A stretch of DNA of 63,698 nucleotides, the filler included, from Calcarisporiella thermophila CBS 279.70 (Eukaryota; Fungi; Calcarisporiellomycota), in the NCBI RefSeq assembly GCF_041956535.1. It is 6 parts of 6 records of this genome, joined end to end, with 100 filler letters (N's around TTAATTAATTAA, not from the genome) between each part and the next. Parts side by side here need not be neighbours in the genome. Positions count along the whole stretch, not along the records: positions 42,084 to 52,370 come from NW_027192213.1; positions 52,471 to 57,718 come from NW_027192253.1; positions 57,819 to 60,740 come from NW_027192203.1; positions 60,841 to 63,698 come from NW_027192212.1; 2 more parts are not named here. One strand, written 5' to 3'. The notes beneath the pieces are model-generated. The model had not been told where the DNA came from, made no database searches, and saw only the letters and a program-made list of their open reading frames with translations. Within the stretch, counting starts at the first letter, position 1. Every line of letters begins with the position of its first letter. The translations under genes were made by a program, and so were the position numbers. Positions 52,256 through 63,698 of this stretch are shown here, piece after piece.

Positions 52256-52699
52256 GTCTTAGCTTGTGTCGTGTGCTAGAGAAGGGATATGCTGTAAGCT
52301 AGGATAAATAGGCGAATAGTAGCGGTTTCATGGACGGGGGGGAGGGTTAGTGTAGTGGACTATCCCTGGGNNNNNNNNNNNNNNNNNNNNNNNNNNNNNN
52401 NNNNNNNNNNNNNNTTAATTAATTAANNNNNNNNNNNNNNNNNNNNNNNNNNNNNNNNNNNNNNNNNNNNTGGGGAACTGTTAGATATCCGAATTCTTAT
52501 TCTAATAGAATAGAATCCGATTCAAGATAGAATGGAATTCAAGAGAGAAAAAGGTGAGGGACAATAAACAAAAGGAGTGAATTTAAATAGAGTCTTAGGA
52601 ATATCTAAGTGAAACATTAATACACCAATAATAAATTTGTGTTCAATAAGTGTATAAAAGGAAAGCTAATTAAATAGGTAAAATAATGTAAATAAGTTT

Positions 52700-54200
52700 T
52701 ATAAGTAATATTATAGTGTAAATTCGGTCGTGTTACACCCTCATCCTTAGTTGCTTTCCATTCTGCTATTACTAGTAACGGTATATACACTTATCGCTAT
52801 TATTCACCCAACTTTACCCTTCCCGCCCTCTTTGGAGAACTATTACTATTACTCTTACCGTTACGCTTCCCAATACCTACGGTATAGCCACTATACAGCA
52901 TCTATTTTCTATTGATTGAATTATTGGTTTCTCTCTCTATCTGAGTTGCTAGATTTATATCTACAACTATTTTATTATTATCCTCTCCCCTTTCCTTCTC
53001 CCTCTCTCATTCGCCTATCCCGAAATCCGTACACTCGTACAGAGCTATTTAGCTATTTGATTTATTCATTTTATTTACATTGTTACAAAAGTATTTCTAC
53101 TTTTGGACTCCTCTATAATAATATAATAAAATATAATAAAAGAACAAAGAAAAAGAAGTTTATTAGTAAATACAATAAGTAAATACTAAGAATAATTTAT
53201 ATCTGATCCTTACCTATAATAATATAATAAAATATAATAAAAGAACAAAGAAAAAGAAGTAAGGACCAAAAAACAAATAGCAGAGACTATTTAAAGATCA
53301 AACAATCGAATGATAAAATAATGTTATACAAAATAACAGTTAATAAAATTGGTATTACGGTCCTAGGCCATTTATGGCTTAGACCTTAATAGCGTCATGA
53401 TGGTAAAATTAACATCATGACATACATCCATTCTTATTATTGAGTCTCTTAGCTATTTGAGTTGTTAGATTGGTATCTACAACTATTTTATTTTATTATT
53501 CTCACCTCTTTTTCCTTCTCCTTCTTTCACACTCTTCTATTTTATCTGTCCCTCTACAGCGAAATCCGCATACTCGTACAGAGCTACTTAGCTATTTGAT
53601 TTATTCAGTTTATCTACAGTACATCTAGCCTTATTATTGAGGCCCTTAGCTATTTGAGTTGCTATATTTATATCTACAACTATTTTATTATTACCCCCCT
53701 CCCCCCCTTTTTCTTCTCCCTCTTTCATTCTCCTATTCTATCTATCCCCTCTACAGTGAAAATCGTACACTCGTACAGAGAGCTATTTAGCTATTTGACC
53801 TATTCAGTCTAACTACATCTATTCTATTATTAAGTCCCTTAGCTATTTGGTTTATTCGATTTAGAGTTATATCTACTCCTATTCCCTTTTCTCTCCCTTA
53901 CTTCCACCTTATTTCTCTCTCTATAGCGAAATCTCACCAGCCTACTAATGACGACCACTCCTCAATTACACGAATGCGACGTCATCAATTTCATCTTGAT
54001 CTGTCCGATTTCCTTTTACGGACCTCAATTTCTACTCTGAATTTTCTAACCTTTATTTCACCCCTTACGATTTCCCGCTTTACTTACCTTGTAGATTATC
54101 ACTCTTATTTACATTAGATGTCAATAAAAGAACCGTGAACCCCCCTAACCTAAGGAAGTATTATAAGTAATATTATAGTGTAAATTCGGTCGTGTTACAC
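52700..54200. repeat. Two identical LTR-like termini around an imperfect AT-rich tandem repeat of about 195 bp
   Basis: TATAAGTAATATTATAGTGTAAATTCGGTCGTGTTACAC occurs at about 52700-52738 and 54162-54200. Units containing TAGCTATTTGAGTTG..CTACAACTATTTTATT..CTCGTACAGAG start at about 52940, 53440 and 53640, with a partial unit at about 53830. Confidence 0.7.
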
Positions 54201-54823
54201 TTTACCTCTGTAATATGGGAACAATCCTCCCCTATTCCCATGCGCCCTACTTTAGAGAGAGGTTCAATTTTCGGTTTGCTTTTTCATATTAAGGCCATTG
54301 CAATTTTACTCTTGAATCGATCTGGGTACAGAGATAATTGCGAAGTCTGCAAATTCGTCTACAAGGGTATAGCGACTCATTAGTCAAGTATCAGGTAGAG
54401 ATTGATATCTATCCCTGTAGGCACTATTGGTTTTTGAGAGGTGGAGTTGGAAAACTAATTGAAATTGGATATTGCGATTTATTAGAGCAAAAATGCTCAT
54501 CTTTAATCCCAAAGAACAAGAAAAATCTTTGCACAAGTATCTCCTCCTGTCCCGTCAGGCTGTGGCTTAGCTTATGCAATCATGAAATGGTGGCTTGCAT
54601 ACGCATATAAATAGGGTTTTTAGGGGGCTAGGGTTGTTGAATTTTCCTTACTTATAGCCTAAAATTGTTAATTTTATAACAAATAGAACCCATTTGGCCA
54701 GAGTGCAAAGAGAGGATCAAAAAACTTATTTTATTTATTTCATATAAGATGCAAATGGTGACATTTTAGATTTTTCTCGTAATTATCAGCGTTCTTATTC
54801 TTGTAATAAAATTCTGGCTACGA

Positions 54824-55249
54824 TCAATCATCATCATCTATAGGTCTGACAATTGCTTTCGCCGGCAAATCATGGACCACTTCATCTGTAACACTTGAGC
54901 CTTTGAATAGAAAATCTGCCCCGCGTCGGGAGAGTTTGATTCCAAGTATCTTTTCACCGCCATCATTGACATTATCATTAATAACAGCGTCGTAGGGACC
55001 TCCAGGGAGCACATTGTATTCAACTAAACCTCGCGACCGTTCAGGGTAACTAGCGAGCCAATTAGGCTCTTGAGTTCTGAGAATAATTTCGTAGGACTTT
55101 CGGGAAAGTAGCAAATTGGCTCTAATCCGATACTCTGGCGGGAAAATGCGAGGAGCCGGGTAGAATTGAAGTATGGCGGGTTCCTTCTCCGCAGAAACCA
55201 CGAAGAGAACGAGAGCAAAAAATGCAAAGAAGGCGTGTAAAAACCTCAT
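54824..55249 (-). CDS. Small secreted protein of unknown function, 141 aa, intronless, Cys-free
   Basis: Signal peptide MRFLHAFFAFFALVLFVVSA, clean ORF, upstream TATAAAA at about 55295-55301 on the minus strand. Confidence 0.75.
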   Translation of the reverse strand: MRFLHAFFAFFALVLFVVSAEKEPAILQFYPAPRIFPPEYRIRANLLLSRKSYEIILRTQEPNWLASYPERSRGLVEYNVLPGGPYDAVINDNVNDGGEKILGIKLSRRGADFLFKGSSVTDEVVHDLPAKAIVRPIDDDD

Positions 55250-56267
55250 AATTATTTAAGCGGAAAGTCGTTGAATGAGGGCCGATAAAGACCTTTTTAT
55301 AATGTTTCTCCTTGCTCCGCATCTCTCGTTTTCCCTGCAAGCTATGCAAGAGCACAAGTATCAATAAACTGAGATCGAATTTGTAACAGGATGGCTAAGA
55401 TTTAAGGTGCGTATGCGAGCCATCATTTCAATCATGAAATGGTGGCTTGCATACACCTATAATTAGGGTTTTTAGGGGGCAAGGATTGTTGAATTTTCCC
55501 TATTTATAGCCTAAATTGTGAAGGCTAATTATCCTTATTTGGTCTTATTCATCTGCACCTATTTATCTGTTAACGCCATCTTTGTTAAATTGCTTAGATA
55601 CACATCTATTATTATATTATCATATTATAAATATACGCCTAACCGGTTAGAATACCGACAATCCCTAGCGGTTAGGCTGTAAATGGGTTTTGGGAAGGGA
55701 AGTAGTACTGTTTTGCATGGCACCAAAAGAGGTAATAAAATATTAGGTAATGAGTAATGAATTTTAATATTGAAATACATTTACCTGTAATGCCAAACAA
55801 GATCCAACGATTGATCAGCAACTACAATAATATGCTGCATCGAACCTGCAATTAGTGCAAAATCGCCTGTTATAGTAAAAGTTCGATTGATCCTCCATCA
55901 GCAGCCAAGTGAGGTGCATATTCCCTACAAAAAGTCCTTTTACAGAAATTCCTGTGAATTCAATCAGAAAATTTGGGGTTATACGTTAGAAGTCTCAAGA
56001 ACTCTAGTAAAAATTGGGGTGCGGGGCTGAGAAATTAACGTTTGGCATAGGAAATTGTCACGTGGCTTTAAATCTTTTGGCCCGAAATAAAAGTTTTGGC
56101 CCAAAGCTAATTCTTGAAATTTTGCCCGGCCCAATTCTCTGGCCGGAATTTGAGAGCAGATAAGAAATTTTAATTGCCAAAATGAAAATTATCCACCCCG
56201 AAATAATGGGTAATAATTGAAAGATAGAGGACAATTTCAACAATTCAGGTTCAAGTTTCTGGATCAA

Positions 56268-56835
56268 TGTAACACTATATCAATAACGGAATCCATCCAA
56301 AAAGTATTGCATGATTATTATGACGTCTTTCCAACAGTACTTCTTGTGAATCGAGTCGTGATCACTACATTTTGGTAGCGACGCTATTTTATACAAATCC
56401 ATTATTATTTTATTTTATTATTCCGTGTTATCAACAACGAAGATAATTTACGATGGATCAAAACTCCCTTGAAGCCCACGTGAGACAGCTTACTGCCCTC
56501 ATCGACAAGTTGACTTCGAACTCTTCGCAAACCCCTAAAGAAAGCTCTAAAGAAAATTTTATCTCTATTCCGTTGCCACTGTTCTATGGTCGAAGTGGGG
56601 ATAATGCGCGAGGTTGGGTTCGACGTGTTGATACAATTTTCGAAGCGATGAAAATTCCAGAGGAAAGAAAAGTCGTGACAGCCGCATCATACTTGAGAGA
56701 CGCTGCTGATCAGTGGTACCAATCCACTAAGTTCGGAAAAGGTGCACCAAAAGAATGGCAAGATTTTGCCAATAAACTTATTACGGCTTTCGAACCTGGG
56801 GATTACCAAATGTCCTTGTGTAATCAATTGGCAAC
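56268..56835 (+). mobile_element. Ty3/gypsy-like element: short 5' LTR, PBS and interrupted gag
   Basis: TGTAAC..CTACA (56268-56369), PBS TGGTAGCG (56373-56380), gag LPLFYG..GWVRRV..SYLRDAADQWY from 56453. Confidence 0.8.
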
Positions 56836-57718
56836 TGTAATGATTTGACTTTAGGTATTTTTCTTATCTCTTATCTTCTGTAACAGGACCAAGCCACCAT
56901 CTCTCTATCCTGATTCAATATTTCCTTTTATATGCTCATTGGTTCCCACGCTGATTAAGGTTTATCTTGTCTACTATTTAAGCCTCGATCTTTGTTTATG
57001 ATTCCTGGCCCATTGTTTGCCCATTGTTTGCCCATTGTTTGCCCATTCTTTGGCCAACCTTTGTCCATTTGTCCATTTTGTCCATTATTCTAATTGAATT
57101 AAGACCACTTTTCATATATTCAATAAGAATCCGAATCATTAACAGTCTCAGAACTGTTACATCTTCACAGCAAATTGGAATATTTTACCTTAGATAGATA
57201 GTTTTAGTTTTGTGATTTTACGCCAGTTTTACATTGACCATTTTACGCCAACTTGTATTATGTAAAGAATGTTTTCTGAAGTTCATAAATAGTCCTTGAT
57301 TTTTTGTAAAGAATAAATTAATCAATCTTTTTCTTCTTGACTTACTTGATTTGGAATCTTTGGAACTCCGATCCCTCCAGAACTCGAGAAATCTTACAAT
57401 TGGTAGCGACGACTTCGATCTACCTACGTGAAACTACCAGAAATCCAGAAAAATTTTAACCAGAAACCAGACACTAGACACCAGAATTATTTTTACGAGA
57501 CAACGATATTGAAATAATGGAACCGATTTTTGTACCAGCACCTTTCCGTATGCCTGAACCCGCCAGGTTTGGTGGCAGACACTACCCCGACGTGCGCGAA
57601 TGGATTGATCAAGTTGAAAACTATTTTGTGGGAACAAATCCCCCTGAGCATATGAAGGTCCCGTATGCCGCTGCTTTATTCCAAGGAGACGCCCTTATTT
57701 GGTGGAGACATTTGAAGA
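56836..57718 (+). mobile_element. Second Ty3/gypsy-like element inserted into the first gag
   Basis: LTR TGTAAT..CTTACA (56836-57398), PBS TGGTAGCGAC (57401-57410), gag PARFGG..VREWIDQVE..GDALIWW from 57517. Confidence 0.8.
56879..57161 (+). mobile_element. Solo LTR with 5-bp target site duplication
   Basis: TGTAAC...GTTACA flanked by TCTTC on both sides (56874-56878 and 57162-57166); contains GCCCATTGTTT tandem copies. Confidence 0.85.
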
Positions 57719-59344
57719 NNNNNNNNNNNNNNNNNNNNNNNNNNNNNNNNNNNNNNNNNNNNTTAATTAATTAANNNNNNNNNNNNNNNNNNNNNNNNNN
57801 NNNNNNNNNNNNNNNNNNTTACAGTATGCCGCACGAAGGTATATGAAATTAAAGTGTTTTTCTTATTGCTCTTATTGTTCTTTTATCCCATGAAGTATAA
57901 CAATGATGATTTATATTATAATAATATAACATAAAGGCAATAACATTTCATAATTATCATAAAACTTTAAACGAAAATTTTCCGAGAGATAGGAGGCTGA
58001 GTTTTAACAAAGTGTATATATGACTTTTGCAATTTCGTTGAAAATCCATCCGCCATCTGGAAAAATTTGATTATTCAATAACTTTATTATGATAATTTTT
58101 TGTTTTAATTTTAAATAATACTTGAGATAGACATCCATCAACAGTTATAAGCTCATGCTCATGGAGCCACTATCCAACAAGATATGAACGCATATTCTTT
58201 CACTCTTAATATAAGCTTATTTGTATCAACAAATTGCTACTCTTTTTGATTTTCATTACAACGTTTTCTCAAAATGTGTCAGTATGCAATGTTTACTTGA
58301 CCATCAATCAGAAAAAACTCGTTCAGACCGCCCACTAATATCGAGCAAGGAGAACGAGCGCGAGAACACTCCACTTGTTTTCTAAAGTTAGTGTTTTAGA
58401 GAAATTAAGGCAAACAACAGCCCTCAAAAACGTGTAAGGTATCAAAACATCTCTTGATATCGTAAGGAGAGTATAGCATAGATTCTATTTATCAGCAAAG
58501 GCCACCAAAAGAACGCCTCTCCTTGGATTGGAACTTGATTGAAAGAAGACGGGTTCTCCAAAATACACATCAATTAGAGTTTGCAGCAACAGATGACTAC
58601 GGTGTGGTCAAATATCTGTAAATACGGTATCTTCAGGAACACAGTGATGAAATATTATTATAAAACGCGGAAGATGAACAGCTCCGGAATAATCAAACAC
58701 GGCCCCTGGTGAGTAACCGTGGAAAGTCAATGGTGTGCAAAAGATGTATCAGTGAACATAATGTTGTCCAATTGTGAAAAAAGATAGGGAAATGGGTGCA
58801 TTACTTAGCTANNNNNNNNNNNNNNNNNNNNNNNNNNNNNNNNNNNNNNNNNNNNNNNNNNNNNNNNNNNNNNNNNNNNNNNNNNNNNNNNNNNNNNNNN
58901 NNNNNNNNNNNNNNNNNNNNNNNNNNNNNNNNNNNNNNNNNNNNNNNNNNNNNNNNNNNNNNNNNNNNNNNNNNNNNNNNNNNNNNNNNNNNNNNNNNNN
59001 NNNNNNNNNNNNNNNNNNNNNNNNNNNNNNNNNNNNNNNNNNNNNNNNNNNNNNNNNNNNNNNNNNNNNNNNNNNNNNNNNNNNNNNNNNNNNNNNNNNN
59101 NNNNNNNNNNNNNNNNNNNNNNNNNNNNNNNNNNNNNNNNNNNNNNNNNNNNNNNNNNNNNNNNNNNNNNNNNNNNNNNNNNNNNNNNNNNNNNNNNNNN
59201 NNNNNNNNNNNNNNNNNNNNNNNNNNNNNNNNNNNNNNNNNNNNNNNNNNNNNNNNNNNNNNNNNNNNNNNNNNNNNNNNNNNNNNNNNNNNNNNNNNNN
59301 NNNNNNNNNNNNNNNNNNNNNNNNNNNNNNNNNNNNNNNNNNNN

Positions 59345-60740
59345 CAACACCTGAACTCACCAAAAGCGATCCCAAGACACCCAGCACAGGTAATCGCATG
59401 GAAATTATCAGGCATGCGCTCGAAGCACAGGGAGTTCCTGAGAAAGCAATCGAACTCATTTCCAAGGCAGAAAGGGCAACTACTGGGAAACATTATACTT
59501 CAGCATGGAAAAAATTCACGGCATGGTGCAAAACGAACAATAGAGATCCGTGCAGATACGACTTACCTACGGCCTCAATGTTCCTTGCTGAGATGAGTGG
59601 GAACTACAAGTATACCTCGCTCCAAGTCTACCGATCAGCGATATCGAAGACGTGGCAGATGCTCCACCCAGAAATAGCACCCATGGCCAACCAAGCAATA
59701 GTGAAGACGATAATCAAAGGGGCAAAGGAGGTGGCACCTCGACCACGGAGAAAACAACCATTTTGGAATGTCCAGAGGGTAATAGAAAGATTAGCAAGGA
59801 TCCCAACTAACAGAGAAACTCCATTAGCACGTCTGGGGCAAAAAACAGCCCTCCTACTTGCACTAACAACCATTTGGAGACCAAGATCTGACCTCGCAAG
59901 AATACCACCAGACAGAGTGCAATTCATCACTACGGAAAATGGCACACCAAGGGCGATGCAAATTACCGCCATAAAGCCCAAAGAGGGAATGGAAAAGACC
60001 ATAAGGCTACAAGCACTCCTAGAAGATCCAGAGCTATGTCCCGTGGCAGCAACGCACCTCTATATTACGCGCGCCAGAGAGACGTCAGTAGGCTATGATG
60101 ACTTCCCCTCTTTCTTCGTCACGGCACGCAAAACTCCAACCCCTGCAACTGGGGATACGGTGGCAAGATGGATCACAGATATGCTGGCCGAATGCGATAT
60201 CCTAGCAACAGCTCACTCAACCAGAAGCACCTCATCATCTTACGCGTTAGTGCAGGGCACACCGCTGGAATCCATACTCAAAGCGGCTAACTGGACCTCA
60301 GCGACCACATTCGAACGCTTCTATCACCGCGTGGAGATGGATACCTTCCCTGTGGGAATAACTTTACGACGAAACACCATCCAGGGAGAGAACCTTGGGC
60401 ACGATGCCTAAAGGGCATTGGCCGAGCCTGTGAAGGCTAATTCCCTTTGGGCGAGAGCCCAAGGGGAACGAAGCTGGATGCCCACCCGCCACAACCCAAG
60501 AGTACAGCACAGATCCGTAGGACTTCTCAAAGCTAGGGAACAAGGATAGCGGACACCGTTTTTAAATAACTTTGTTTTCAGTATTATTACTTTTTTACAA
60601 TTAATTCTAAAAACAGCAATTTGGAAAAAATTTGATCAATATTTTACTTCAATTTTATACTTTTTTATATTTTATTATTACTTTCTGTAACTATGAATAA
60701 AGCACGATTTGGGCTCCGAAGGAGCAGATACCATCCAGGG
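59345..60740 (+). mobile_element. DIRS-like retrotransposon 3' half: tyrosine recombinase ORF, internal complementary region and right terminus
   Basis: YR catalytic pattern WRPRSDL, KPKE, LCPV, HSTR, AANWTS..TFERFY (stop at 60411), followed by complementary repeats. The 5' part falls in a gap. Confidence 0.88.
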
Positions 60741-62523
60741 NNNNNNNNNNNNNNNNNNNNNNNNNNNNNNNNNNNNNNNNNNNNTTAATTAATTAANNNN
60801 NNNNNNNNNNNNNNNNNNNNNNNNNNNNNNNNNNNNNNNNAGGAGTCGAGTAATTTCAACGATATATGTGAGGCCATTCGGAACTTGTCGCAAACAATCG
60901 TAGGTGAAGGCACTGCTGGCAGCCAACTCGTTAGAGAGGCAAGCATTGTTGTCACAAGTGACGCAAGTAGTGCACAGGACGTTGATAAAATTTGGGGAGC
61001 ATGTATTGAAGAGACATCTATGGCATTTGTCAAGTATATGGAGGGGGACGCAGGACCACTGTCTAGTGGGGTGTGGAACTCGATGATAAACTGTTGCATG
61101 ATCAGGCTCAACATGCGCTGTGGAAGCATACGTCATGCGAACGATCTTTCACATCAAGTTCCAGGTTGGCAGTCCGTTATAGCACGACATACCGATGTTC
61201 CGTCGTAAAGTGCCTCTCAAACTTGGTTTATATACCTAGTTGCTATGAATTACCTAGATATATATTATATTTGAGATGATTTTTGGTTTGACTTTTGATC
61301 CAAATTTTTTAATTTGTAAAATTTACTCAGATTTTTAAGCGAAAATTTGTGGGCTCGATTTTTCCGGCCGTACACTCACGGCCAAATTGTTTTTCCCCAA
61401 TTTTCTTTTCAGCCAAATTATTCCTCTTAAGCCAAAGCAAAAATAATTCAACATGTCACTTTCCTTGATTTCCATATACGACTCGTCCAAAATTATCACG
61501 AACCAATAGGTTACCCGAAATTTTTACCAATAATCCCTGAATTTTTCGACGGAGTTTACCTATGTTTCTTCTTACTGGGGAAGCTTCGGCAGGCACAAAA
61601 TAAAAGGCTGGTATGCGGAATGATCCGGTTGTAACAACTGACGCGCGCGCAGGAAAAAGGAAAGTCAACGGAATCAGTTCCGTGGAAGAATTGGGCAATG
61701 AGGTAGGGAAGATCAAGAGGATTGCACGAACCTACAGAAAAACGAGAGCCTGAAATAGTCGAATCATCGGGCAAAACAGGGCATTATAGTAATTCCATGA
61801 TATGTAAATGCTAACACAGCACTAAAAAGGGTTTTTAATTTTTAACTGAATAAATATTTCTATGCATTATTAGCATGATATCGTTTATAAATTTGGTGTA
61901 ATTGAGCAACAATTTACCTTCCATATATGTGAAAATCAACATAGGGAATTGCTAACTTTCCGCATGTTTGAATTACGCCATTTTCCTGCATGTATTTGTG
62001 AGTTTATTCCTTAACCCGACTTCTTACCGGGGTATTTTGAAGCCTTTGCGCGACATTCTTTATTTAATCATTAAAAAATGTTTTTCTTCCCAAGATCTTC
62101 TGCAACGATTTGATACACGCCATCTGCCTTAGTGTATCCAATATTCGTGTCAAAGCCAGAGCCAGGTCTGTGATCTGGGTGCATGCTGGAAATATTAGGA
62201 AATAAAGATATCGAGTTTCAGAAATTTCCTCAGCGGCTAAATATTGCCATGCAACTCTTATTGTAGATGGAGTTATTTAGTGTTCGTGTTGTGCACCGAT
62301 CCTTCCCGAAACGTCCCATGCGAAAATGAAACTGAGAAGGCGAAATATACCCAAAGATACAATCTACGCATTGATACCGAGCAGCAGCGGGGTATGAAAA
62401 AAGCCAAACAAGAGGCTAGGTGTGCTTTATAATTTCTCAGGCTAGGAAACCGGTCTACATATTAAAGATATGTTAAATTATAGTCTGCTATATTCATGAC
62501 TTGCCCTTGATCTTTTTCATGTT

Positions 62524-63698
62524 ATGATGTCCCACATTGTTAGGAGATTATCATTATACAGTAGTGCGAGCAACTTCACCTACTTCAAGGCGTGTTATTC
62601 ATGCCAACAACGCAAATTGAAATGCGATGGCAACATGAATGGGTGCTTTCGGTGCAAACTTCTGGGGACGCAATGCATATACAAAGTATCTACCGCTAAT
62701 GTGGGGCGCCCTTCCAAATCGCAAAAAAGATGCAGAAAACAGAATTCTGTAAGTGCATCAAAGGCACTACGGGCATCTAAGCAAGACTTCTTATTGGGCC
62801 AGTACCGCATGTTCATCAGAGAGCCCGAAAACTTGATTCATAACCTAAATGTAATCGCGAGAGCTTTTATCTAAATGGACTAGTATTAATCTCACTTCTC
62901 TTTTTGTAGTATCAAATTGTGAAAAGTCCTTGGCGGTGGAAATGGTCACAGGGGATCCACTTTCCGCGCTCTCCAGCGTGTAGCTTATGTACCAATGATG
63001 TGCTCGGGGTAACTATCGAGAGTATGAGTGCACTCTGTGTTAACGAGAGGATCGGAAATGACTATCCCCAGGTTGCTCAGAACGAAGAAAGACACATGCT
63101 ATCCAAAGACTTCATGCAAAAAGACCCCATGAAATCCCTGCCCACGGTCCAGGCTATTGTGCTTATAAACCTATGGTTTAGAAATTTTCCATTTCCCACC
63201 GTAGTTAACCACATCGCCTTGATTCAAGATTATATTGAGGGCCAGACGCACTCCTTGCTCTACTCAAGCATTTTCGCCTTAGCGATCTCTCTCCCGGAAA
63301 CCCCATTTTATCATGAGTCACTCCGTAGAACACTAAGCTCGCTCTTTTTAGAATATGCGATATCTTCAACAAATAAGGAGGCATATAACACTTCCTCACT
63401 TATCAATCTCCAGAGCTTCTATATCCTCGCTGTAACCTTGACATATCGAGGCTACCTGTATTCAGCCCGAGCAATTCTGAGTAGTGCGTGGAGAATGGCA
63501 TTTGACCTGAGGATTCATGAACAGGATAATAAAGATTTCGATATAGAATTGGATCCAATAAGCCGCGAACTGCGCAATAACATCTGGTGGGCTATGCGCA
63601 TTTTTACTACATGGAGCTGTACCCGACTCAACTTAAGCTTTGAACAAGAGATTGTCGATGTGTCCATAGGATTACCGGTCATGAAGGAGACGGAGTCT
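62524..63698 (+). CDS. Zn(II)2Cys6 transcription factor with fungal-specific TF domain, truncated at window end
   Basis: ACYSCQQRKLKCDG..GCFRCKLLGTQCIY; intron about 62851-62909; later SAWRMAFDLRIHE..RELRNNIWW. Confidence 0.85.

Noticed and set aside
52940-53940. CRISPR-like array
   Set aside because: Units are long, degenerate tandem copies without unique spacers, in a eukaryotic context.
58774-59596. ORFs spanning N runs (545, 266, 230 aa and others)
   Set aside because: Artefacts of translating through gaps; only 59345-60411 is supported.
60841-61208. Possible RNase H fragment (IVVTSDAS..WGAC)
   Set aside because: A single short motif beside a gap is too little to call.

Overview
Eukaryotic genomic DNA, most likely from an early-diverging fungus: short GT-AG introns, HOG1, a Zn2Cys6 factor and heavy transposon content. 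Five 100-nt N blocks each carry a TTAATTAATTAA linker, so the window is probably six joined contigs and linkage across those blocks is unproven. Contig 1 (1-21176) holds an apparently intact 15-exon NRPS of about 5540 aa on the minus strand (670-18266), with architecture half-C-A-T-E / C-A-T-E(degenerate) / C-A-T-E(degenerate) / C-A-T-hydrolase. The terminal domain looks like an FSH1/LovG-family alpha/beta hydrolase with Cys in place of the nucleophilic Ser (GFCQG); this is the most novel-looking element here. The NRPS sits alone among DIRS, LTR, MITE and Tc1 remnants. Contig 2 carries tRNA-Ile, HOG1, a PY-motif membrane protein, an Acinus-like gene, a CBP6/UQCC2-like gene, mitoribosomal mL54, an HEXXH-type M49 peptidase, an OPT transporter, a PRL phosphatase, a Pcl-type cyclin and a hAT fragment. 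Later contigs hold LINE remnants, a full ABCB transporter, tRNA-Gly and tRNA-Leu, a small secreted protein between direct repeats, nested LTR elements, a DIRS tyrosine recombinase and a Zn2Cys6 factor cut by the window end. All family calls come from reading motifs by eye; no searches were run.
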